The notes beneath the pieces are model-generated. The model did not search any database, was not told where the DNA came from, and saw only the letters and a list, made by a program, of their open reading frames with translations. Positions 38,096 through 44,861 of a stretch of DNA of 44,861 bases are shown here, in pieces; positions within the stretch are counted from its first letter, which is position 1, and each line of letters opens with the position of its first letter. This DNA comes from Candidatus Heimdallarchaeota archaeon (lineage in GTDB: Archaea > Asgardarchaeota > Heimdallarchaeia > Hodarchaeales > Hodarchaeaceae). The stretch is from contig CP070760.1 in the NCBI GenBank assembly GCA_020348965.1, positions 1,714,187 to 1,759,047 of the forward strand. The letters run 5' to 3'. A program made the translations under genes and the position numbers.

Positions 38096-38911
38096 ATGAA
38101 GAAGAACCTACCTATTAACTCAATCAAAAATGTGGATTGTTTGAAGTTCATTCCTGAGTTGCCTGATGCTTCCATTGACATCATTATTACGGATCCGCCG
38201 TATGCAATTTCTTCTGGGAATAAATTGGCAATGAAAAACGTTAAGAAACAAAATGGATTCGGTGGAGACTGGAATATTATTGACGAAGAGTGGGACACTT
38301 TTTCATTTGAAGATTATTGTACTCTAATTGAAAAAATGCTAAAAGAAAGTTATAGAGTTCTGAAATCAAATGGTACAATGTTTTTGTGTGGAACATATCA
38401 TAATATTGGAATAATAAACTATTTTGCACTTCAAACCTCTTTTAACATCATAAACGAAATTGTTTGGTTTAAACGAAATGCCTTCCCTAATTTATCTCAA
38501 AAATGCCTCACCGCCTCTCACGAAAATATCTTATGGTTAAGCAAATCAGATTCTTGGAATTACAATTATGATGTCGTAAAACAGACGGAGTACTCATTTG
38601 ATAGATTAAAAGAACCTAATAAACAGCTCAGGTCAGTGTGGGATATCCCTAATAATAAGAAAAAAGAAGAATTGGCGTATAGGGAGGTCTTTCCTGATAA
38701 ATCTTATTGGATAAGATCTCAAAAACCTCTTCGTCTTATTGATAGATGTCTTGAGATAACTGCTCAACCAGGAGACATTATCGCTGATTGGTTTTGTGGG
38801 TCGGGAACAACACTGATCTCAGCGATTAATCATTCATTGTCATTTATTGGTTGTGAAATCAACCCGAAATTTGTCGAAGTGATACAGTGGCGACTTAAAG
38901 AAAAAGCTTGA
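38096..38911 (+). CDS. DNA methyltransferase, beta-class (N6-adenine or N4-cytosine), solitary
   Basis: Catalytic DPPY (motif IV) near the N-terminus and SAM-binding FCGSGTT (motif I) near the C-terminus. GAAGGAG lies 6 nt upstream of the ATG. No nuclease gene adjacent. Confidence 0.85.
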   Translation: MKKNLPINSIKNVDCLKFIPELPDASIDIIITDPPYAISSGNKLAMKNVKKQNGFGGDWNIIDEEWDTFSFEDYCTLIEKMLKESYRVLKSNGTMFLCGTYHNIGIINYFALQTSFNIINEIVWFKRNAFPNLSQKCLTASHENILWLSKSDSWNYNYDVVKQTEYSFDRLKEPNKQLRSVWDIPNNKKKEELAYREVFPDKSYWIRSQKPLRLIDRCLEITAQPGDIIADWFCGSGTTLISAINHSLSFIGCEINPKFVEVIQWRLKEKA

Positions 38912-38931
38912 GGAAGATATCAACCAGTTCT

Positions 38932-40548
38932 TCAAGTTTCTGGTAAATAGCGAATAGCATGTGCAATATATTCACCTAATCGGGTTTGTTCTACTCGTTC
39001 TTTTATGGGAGCATTCCGTGCAAATAACTCTAACCATTTATCCACTTCATTATGGAGGATTTCCTGTTCGGTATTTATTTGCAATATTAACTGGGTTAAT
39101 CCTCTTTCTTCAGCGTTAATCCGTGCTTGTTCTAAGAGATCATCTGCCGCATTAGCATTTCCTTCAATCAACGCAAACTTAGCTTGTAGCAGATGAGATT
39201 GGACAATTAATTGAGCTGCTTGTTGCTGAAGAGCAATGTTGAATATACCAGTCAATAGGGTTTTGACTTGGTTGAACACATCTGTGTCTCCATAAACTTT
39301 TAGTTCATCTAAAAGTATCTCACATAGGTTCAACATTGCACGAACCGTCAAGTCATGATTGACTATCTCTTCTGAAACAACCTGTTGAAGGAGTTCCTGA
39401 GCTTCTGCTTTCTCAGATATTCTTTTGCCTGTCTTTAATGTCAATGCTTTGGCAATCCGATAGTGCTGACTAATCATCTTATTATCCAAATTTTGTTCGT
39501 TGATCTGTTGTAAACGATAGAGGTAGTGATTTGCCTTTTCTATTTCTCGAGAATCAATCGAAATTGAAATTAAGCGAAAAAGAGCAGAGGAGATCTCTAG
39601 TGGATTTTCTAGTTCCTCGAACAAATTTAATCCTTGCTGAAGGCTCTCTAAAGCTTGTTGTAAATCTCCTTTCTGAGCATAAATTAGACCAATACTGTTC
39701 AGGGATTTAGCGATGTCTACTGGGTTACCTAATTTTTTAAACATCCGTAAACCTTGTTCAAGGGGTTCCAACGCCTGTTCGATGTCTCCTTTCAGGTAAT
39801 GGATTAAGCCAATGTTACTACGCGATCTAGCAATGTGTTGGGGGTTCCCTAACTGTTCAAGTAATGCTAAACTCCTTTTAAAATAGTAAAGAGCTTGTTT
39901 CAAGTTACCCCTCAGGAGATTAATGGAACCAATGTTATTTAGCGGCTCTGCAACTTCCTGGGGGTTTCCTATTACCTCTCGTAAAACCAAACATCTTTGA
40001 AAGCATTCTAGAGCTTGATCTAATTCCCCTTTCATGAAAAGAACATGGCCAAGGCCATTCAGAGATGTTGCGATGTCTTGCGAATTCCCCATTTCTTCCC
40101 GTAGAGCTAGGCTCTTCTTATGAAATTTTAAGGCAAGTTCGAAATTTCCCTTCGTATAAAAAACTACCCCTTTATGGAATATTAAAGTCGCTTTCTGCTG
40201 AGAGGCTGATGTCGATTCTTCTTTGTACGTACCAATGATTTGTTCCCCTTGGTTTATAATTTCTAGACTTTCATCTGGCCGTCCTAATCGCCATAATCCC
40301 TCTATTTGGACAATAAGAGCATCTACTGAATGTAACTCTTTTCCAATTTCTTGATATTGCTGAAAGGTTTCTTTTGCTAGCGCCAAACTATTCTCAAAGT
40401 CACCCAGCTTACATAAGACAAGACTTTTCAGGTATTGACCTTCAAGTTTGTCATCTTCTGCTATCTGTTCCAGTAATTGATTCGCTTTAGTGTATTGGCC
40501 TTTTTTAATAAGCTCTTTGATTTGTATTAGCTCTTCAGAATTATTCAC
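38932..40548 (-). CDS. TPR-repeat protein (paralog of 15437-17035)
   Basis: About 7 consecutive 40-aa units (LGNPQ.IA..LNNIG.I....G.L.QAL...Q..L.L). The C-terminal helical region is collinear with the other TPR protein (VNH[DE]LT[IV]..ML..C[DE][IL]LL.EL[KR][IV]YG[DE]). Confidence 0.8.
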   Translation of the reverse strand: MNNSEELIQIKELIKKGQYTKANQLLEQIAEDDKLEGQYLKSLVLCKLGDFENSLALAKETFQQYQEIGKELHSVDALIVQIEGLWRLGRPDESLEIINQGEQIIGTYKEESTSASQQKATLIFHKGVVFYTKGNFELALKFHKKSLALREEMGNSQDIATSLNGLGHVLFMKGELDQALECFQRCLVLREVIGNPQEVAEPLNNIGSINLLRGNLKQALYYFKRSLALLEQLGNPQHIARSRSNIGLIHYLKGDIEQALEPLEQGLRMFKKLGNPVDIAKSLNSIGLIYAQKGDLQQALESLQQGLNLFEELENPLEISSALFRLISISIDSREIEKANHYLYRLQQINEQNLDNKMISQHYRIAKALTLKTGKRISEKAEAQELLQQVVSEEIVNHDLTVRAMLNLCEILLDELKVYGDTDVFNQVKTLLTGIFNIALQQQAAQLIVQSHLLQAKFALIEGNANAADDLLEQARINAEERGLTQLILQINTEQEILHNEVDKWLELFARNAPIKERVEQTRLGEYIAHAIRYLPET

Positions 40549-40573
40549 TAGAAATCCAGCATTAATAAGAGTT

Positions 40574-41653
40574 TTAAATCAAATCTGAGGGATCCACCTG
40601 TCGTGAAATGGCTTTTTGAGTCATCCAGTCACGAATTGAGGGTGGAGGTTCTGGTTCAGAGGGATGTCGTTCAACTAAACTAAGAGCTTGTTCTGGACAT
40701 GCAATAGCACAAACACCACAACCAACGCATCTCTGGAGATCAACTTCACAAATATCCTCTGGGATATCTAAAGCATCAAATTGACACCGGTCAACACAAA
40801 TAGCACACCCTGTACATAGCTCCTCATCTACACTCATAATGAAATTCGCTTTCACGAACGCAAGTGGCTGATTTCTTTCAGTAAGGCCTCGAAGCACCCC
40901 ACAACAGCATGTGCAACAATTGCAGATGTAATAGTGGCCTGATTGAATATTCATAGTGCAGTGAATAAGACCTGCTTCCTCAGCTTCTTGCAGGAGTTCA
41001 ATCGCATTCTCTTTTGTAACGGGTTTTGATAATGTTTCGTCATTATAGGCGTTTTCTCTACTCGAGAAAGTTAAACATACTGTTGTAGGGTATTCACACG
41101 GCTGGCCAAGTAAGCTCTTTTGTTTTTTACATATACATTCCCGTATCCCCCAACTTTTAGCCTTATTAATTATACTTTCAGCTTCTTCATAAGTGTGGAT
41201 CGTAAGCTTGGGATCTTTATTTATTACGCGATTAACTGGAATCACGCGGAATATCGATGGTTGTGTGTCAAAGAGGTTATTACTTTCAGCTTTTTGAAAA
41301 TACTCTTCAATTAATTGAGCAAACTCAGGATCCATTCTCTCTAATTGTTCCTCGTAAATCCCTACAGCGAAAGGCATAATACCATAACGTCTTTCTGTGT
41401 CTGTTTTTGTAACATAAATCTGGCCTTTTTTAGCCATGTTTTCAAGCTTGTCAGATAATCCTTCAATGGGTAGACTCAATCTTAATGAAAGTTCTTCCAC
41501 AGTTTCTCCTATTAAGTTCAGTTTGCTAGCGAGATCTGCCTCGTCTGGGGTATAAATCCACTGAAGAACTTTTAGGTGAGTTCCATCCTCCGTTTTTGTG
41601 AAACCATTTGGAATTTTATTTAGAGTTTCAGCTAATCTTTCATAAGGATCCAT
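40574..41653 (-). CDS. 4Fe-4S dicluster protein with N-terminal helical/wHTH-like domain and CxCC..CCC cluster
   Basis: Two ferredoxin motifs, CTGCAICVDRC and CVGCGVCAIACP, plus ICNCCTCCCG and CICKK...C. ATG at 41653; the track uses TTG at 41674. The gene ends 25 nt upstream of the TPR gene start. Confidence 0.7.
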   Translation of the reverse strand: MDPYERLAETLNKIPNGFTKTEDGTHLKVLQWIYTPDEADLASKLNLIGETVEELSLRLSLPIEGLSDKLENMAKKGQIYVTKTDTERRYGIMPFAVGIYEEQLERMDPEFAQLIEEYFQKAESNNLFDTQPSIFRVIPVNRVINKDPKLTIHTYEEAESIINKAKSWGIRECICKKQKSLLGQPCEYPTTVCLTFSSRENAYNDETLSKPVTKENAIELLQEAEEAGLIHCTMNIQSGHYYICNCCTCCCGVLRGLTERNQPLAFVKANFIMSVDEELCTGCAICVDRCQFDALDIPEDICEVDLQRCVGCGVCAIACPEQALSLVERHPSEPEPPPSIRDWMTQKAISRQVDPSDLI

Positions 41654-41790
41654 TAATATTTCAGTCAATTTCAAGCCTCTCGGACGTACAGTCTGTTTAA
41701 TCCAGAAATAGTTATATTTGTTATTACAATGTTTGCCTAGTTTTTGGATTCTTTCTACTTCTTTTTTTGTTAACTCCTGTTCCTAGTTTT

Positions 41791-42579
41791 TCAAATAAAT
41801 TGCCTTTTTTCAATTTGAATAATTGTTTCACGCATTAGAAAAGGGAGTAATCCACTAAAAAGATAAATAGGAGTAAGAGGGATATAAAGAATAATAAAAA
41901 AAGTATTCCTATCAATGGATGGCCAGGAAATTGAAAGAAAAGCGAACAGAAGAAAGAATATCATCTCAACGATTAAAAAATAGGAGAACCATTTCAATTT
42001 GTTAGGCCAGTTGTGGACTTTAATCTTTCCCCCAACTAATTCTAATTCTTGGTTAGTTTGATATTTATTTGCTAGACGGACAAACATTAAATAAAAGATG
42101 AGTTCAAAGTGTCCATCTAATGTGCCAATGATTTTCGAAGTCAAAAAGTTAAAATCAGGGGATAAGTCTTCGTAAGTAAAAGGAAGGACAATAATTCGTT
42201 CATCCAAATGTTGGAAGGGCCAAAATAGAGTAACCCCATCAAAATAGAAAAGATCTAAAAATACATGAAGTACCATACCGATGACTAATCCTATAGTTAA
42301 TGGAAAGTAAATAGTTTTAGCTGAAACAAACCACAAGCTGGCAAAATAGGCAACCACTAGTATTAATGAAATTAATACCAAGCTATGTGTCACAGATCGA
42401 TGGAAAGCGATAGTTAATTCAGTATTCGCTGTAAAGAGAAAAATTAGTACACTACCAAGAACATCCAGATCTGGCACAACAGATCCCATCACTAGTCCAA
42501 TTCTGACGTATTGATGTTTTTTATCGACCAGGCTGGCAAGAATTAAACCTAAAAGTCCATGGAATCCTGTTGGAGCCAT
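41791..42579 (-). CDS. Membrane-bound metal-dependent hydrolase (DUF457/YdjM-like)
   Basis: Multi-TM protein with an N-terminal H-containing segment (TGFHG) and HRSVTHSL. ATG at 42579; the track uses TTG at 42591. Confidence 0.55.
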   Translation of the reverse strand: MAPTGFHGLLGLILASLVDKKHQYVRIGLVMGSVVPDLDVLGSVLIFLFTANTELTIAFHRSVTHSLVLISLILVVAYFASLWFVSAKTIYFPLTIGLVIGMVLHVFLDLFYFDGVTLFWPFQHLDERIIVLPFTYEDLSPDFNFLTSKIIGTLDGHFELIFYLMFVRLANKYQTNQELELVGGKIKVHNWPNKLKWFSYFLIVEMIFFLLFAFLSISWPSIDRNTFFIILYIPLTPIYLFSGLLPFLMRETIIQIEKRQFI

Positions 42580-42723
42580 GTTATATTTCAACTCAATATA
42601 ACATTAAAGGATTGTGTGTTTTCACATCTTCGGAGAAATTCTCGAGTTAAATTAATTAAAATGTTATTCGTTTTCAATATTTAAAGCAAACATCTCTGAA
42701 ATAATATCGCGGAGAAAATTTGA

Positions 42724-43479
42724 ATGTCCATTAGAGGAACTGGTCGAGTATCTCGAGTCTTAAAACAGGCACTCCCTCGTGGCTTCAGGGGAGTCTATAA
42801 GATTAATATTGTGGGTTCAACTGGCGCAGGGAAAACTGAGTTCTTGAAATGTTTATTGGGTGATCTCTTTGAGCCCAATACGGAAGCTACTCGTCGTACG
42901 AATACAGAAAACATGGTTGATGCAACCCATACCTGGTTTCGCATAGGGAAAGAACGAGAAGAATCAACAACTACCGTTTCATTGAACACTGTTGGAATTC
43001 TACTTGTACGGACTCTATTCAATTCGATCGAATTTCATCCAGTGAAAAAAGTCGAAGAATTACTCCTCCGGGATGATATCGAGGAGATCTGGCAATTTAT
43101 GTTCTTCGATAATGCTGGACAAGAGCGCTTTGACTTTATGCCTCAAATTACAATGCGGGGAGCAGATGCTGTTATTGTTCTGGCTGATGGTACCAATATG
43201 ACAAGCATTGAAAAGATATCTTATTTCTTGGAATTGACTCGCGAGGAAGAATATCGGAATAGTGATCCAGTATTTCGTATTCCTGTTCTTATTCTTCTGA
43301 ATAAAAAAGATTTAATTGAACGTGGGTGTTATATTGGTCTGGAAAGTGTCCGACACATGATTGGTGCTTCTGAGGGGCATGATTTTTATGAAACCTCAAT
43401 GAAGACTGGTGAAGGAGTCGATGATGGTATCCGAACATTGATCTCCAGACTATACGAGAGAGAAATAAGTAGAGGATGA
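42724..43479 (+). CDS. Ras-superfamily small GTPase (Rab/Ras-like) with long inserts
   Basis: G1 GSTGAGKT, G3 DNAGQERF, G4 NKKD, G5 ETSMKTGEGV. GGAG lies 11 nt upstream of the ATG. No C-terminal Cys prenylation motif. Confidence 0.85.
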   Translation: MSIRGTGRVSRVLKQALPRGFRGVYKINIVGSTGAGKTEFLKCLLGDLFEPNTEATRRTNTENMVDATHTWFRIGKEREESTTTVSLNTVGILLVRTLFNSIEFHPVKKVEELLLRDDIEEIWQFMFFDNAGQERFDFMPQITMRGADAVIVLADGTNMTSIEKISYFLELTREEEYRNSDPVFRIPVLILLNKKDLIERGCYIGLESVRHMIGASEGHDFYETSMKTGEGVDDGIRTLISRLYEREISRG

Positions 43480-43709
43480 CTGGGGCGTCGAAAAAAGGGA
43501 GTAATCTCGGGATTAGATCTTGAAGAATACATTTTTCTTTTTCTCTGCAGCATTTAACATATTAATTTCATAGATTTTCGATTTAAGTTTCTTCATTATG
43601 TCTTATTGAGATCTAAGAATGAATTAGATGATATTTCGATCTAAAAACGAATTGAAACAGGAAATCACTAATCCATTATTTGTGTTGTCAGTTTAAATAG
43701 CTCTATTTG

Positions 43710-43731
43710 TGTGAGCTCACAATTTTAAAAG
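43710..43731 (+). promoter_or_regulatory. 12-bp perfect palindrome abutting a TATA-like box upstream of the USP-like gene
   Basis: TGTGAGCTCACA (43710-43721) is immediately followed by ATTTTAAAA (43722-43730), 34-54 nt upstream of the start at 43764. Confidence 0.4.
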
Positions 43732-43763
43732 ACATATCCAATATCTAGGTTGAGGGTTCTATT

Positions 43764-44801
43764 TTGTCAGAAAAAAAACTGGAATCAATAGAAACAATGT
43801 TTAAGAAAACAACTAAGCCCAAAATGATTATTGATGACTATCCGAAGATCGAAAACATTGGCGTGATTGTAGATACTTCCTCACAGGGTTTTAAAGCTCT
43901 TCAAGTGGCTACTTCGTTAGTAAAACGTTTGAAGACAACCTTCTCTATTATAATCAGTAATCAATATCGTGATCAGCTTGAAACGCTATATACTTCTATA
44001 AATAGGGAGCTGTCTGATTTAGAAACGACGGTGAAGGATTTTGTCAAGGGTGAGGACGTGAAAACAGATTATAAGATTAACCAAATCATATCGTCAAGAC
44101 TTGAGGCGTTACAGCAGATGTACGAAGAAGAGGTTAAGCCAGAAAATAAGCTTAGTAGAAAACTTATCGATCATATTAAGGATAGCGGAGCCCAAATACT
44201 AGTAACAGGGGTTCCTTTATTTAAAACCAGTGAAGATGAAAGTCTAGGAACCTACGTTTTTCGCCTCCTGAGGGCACGAGAAATCCAAGCAAATTTCTTG
44301 CTTGTTTCTGGGAAAAAACATGTTATTGCTGATTCGGTACTTGCATTTGTGTATGTAGAACAGCAGCCAGCATCAATAGTTGCACTTTATAGGAGAGCTT
44401 TATCCTTTGCAACTGAAAAAACAACATTTAAAATAGTTGGAATCGTAGATGATAAGGTTATAGAAACAGTAGCAAGATTAGATTTACCTTCTGATGATCC
44501 AGAAGCCGTCCTAGACCTAGAAGGGGCTAAATCTAAGCTAGTAACTAAAATGGAGGAAACTTTAGAATCTATCTCACTCAAAAAAGAAATAGATGATGAA
44601 ATAATTGCTGGTTCTCCCACTTGGGATGTGAAAAGTGGTCATGTGGCTGAGATTGTACGGCGCTATTTAGATGAAATTAATCCAGGGATTGTGTTAGTTA
44701 GAAGTGTGGCAGAGGCATCAGAGAATCTTGATCCCTTCGCGGAAGTTATTATGAGGCAAGTTCTTGCCGCCGGTCATAATGTGTTAGTAGTCTGGGATTG
44801 A
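43764..44801 (+). CDS. Tandem universal-stress-protein-like (adenine-nucleotide alpha-hydrolase fold) protein
   Basis: Two USP-like halves: IGVIVDTSSQGFKALQVA...ILVTGVP...LGTYVFRLL and FKIVGIVDD...GIVLVRS...NVLVVWD. TTG start, with an alternative ATG at 43797. Confidence 0.45.
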   Translation: MSEKKLESIETMFKKTTKPKMIIDDYPKIENIGVIVDTSSQGFKALQVATSLVKRLKTTFSIIISNQYRDQLETLYTSINRELSDLETTVKDFVKGEDVKTDYKINQIISSRLEALQQMYEEEVKPENKLSRKLIDHIKDSGAQILVTGVPLFKTSEDESLGTYVFRLLRAREIQANFLLVSGKKHVIADSVLAFVYVEQQPASIVALYRRALSFATEKTTFKIVGIVDDKVIETVARLDLPSDDPEAVLDLEGAKSKLVTKMEETLESISLKKEIDDEIIAGSPTWDVKSGHVAEIVRRYLDEINPGIVLVRSVAEASENLDPFAEVIMRQVLAAGHNVLVVWD

Positions 44802-44861
44802 GGCACTGTGATGGTCACGCTGAATCTTTTTCATGTCAGTCTCATTCTCATCGTTTTTATT

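Noticed and set aside
44821-44861. Possible start of another plus-strand gene (GAGG then ATGGTCACGCTGAATCTTTTTCATGTC..., a hydrophobic N-terminus) running off the window
   Set aside because: Only 13 codons are visible, which is too short to support as a feature.
1-44861. Searched for mobile elements, integrases, prophage genes, and restriction or defence gene islands
   Set aside because: No transposase, integrase or recombinase motifs, no terminal inverted repeats around any block, and no tRNA attachment site. The only conflict-type genes are vapBC and a solitary methyltransferase.

Overview
AT-rich segment (about one-third G+C by eye, not computed) with about 36 protein genes on both strands. 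I found no rRNA, tRNA, CRISPR array, transposase or integrase. I think it is archaeal and possibly Asgard/Lokiarchaeia-like, but this is unverified. The grounds are BRE/TATA-like elements 25-45 nt upstream of starts, a TrmB regulator, an RHH-PIN vapBC pair, a Rab/Ras-like small GTPase, and secreted proteins anchored by a C-terminal TM helix plus basic tail. Left to right the window holds: OppD/OppF ATPases and two beta-lactamase-fold serine hydrolases; bacterial-type GlnRS; DUF362; a secreted Ig-repeat protein; vapBC; a DMT-like permease; TrmB; an SDR reductase plus a membrane protein; class I GAPDH; a TPR protein; a GC-rich non-coding island; several small hypothetical genes; a second DUF362; a two-gene Cache-sensor operon; an aminotransferase and an acyl-CoA synthetase; two membrane proteins; two tandem giant parallel-beta-helix surface proteins; a Gfo/Idh/MocA oxidoreductase; OsmC; a solitary DPPY DNA methyltransferase; a second paralogous TPR protein with a 4Fe-4S protein; a DUF457 hydrolase; the small GTPase; and a tandem USP-like protein. 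Most worth a second look: (1) the operon at 20876-25199, where two dCache-HAMP membrane sensors end in TPR+vWA(MIDAS) and in zinc-ribbon/Cys-rich modules rather than any canonical output; (2) a 54% G+C, roughly 170-200 nt structured island at 17775-17972, apparently a minus-strand ncRNA I could not assign to a family; (3) the tandem beta-helix paralogs with 69-nt in-frame repeats and a conserved C-terminal anchor; (4) the Rab-like GTPase with about 50 extra residues between P-loop and switch II; (5) bacterial-type GlnRS and class I GAPDH in an apparently archaeal context; (6) two genes whose conserved N-termini lie upstream of any canonical in-frame start, each with an ATG one base out of frame. 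All product calls come from motifs read in the translations; no database search was run.
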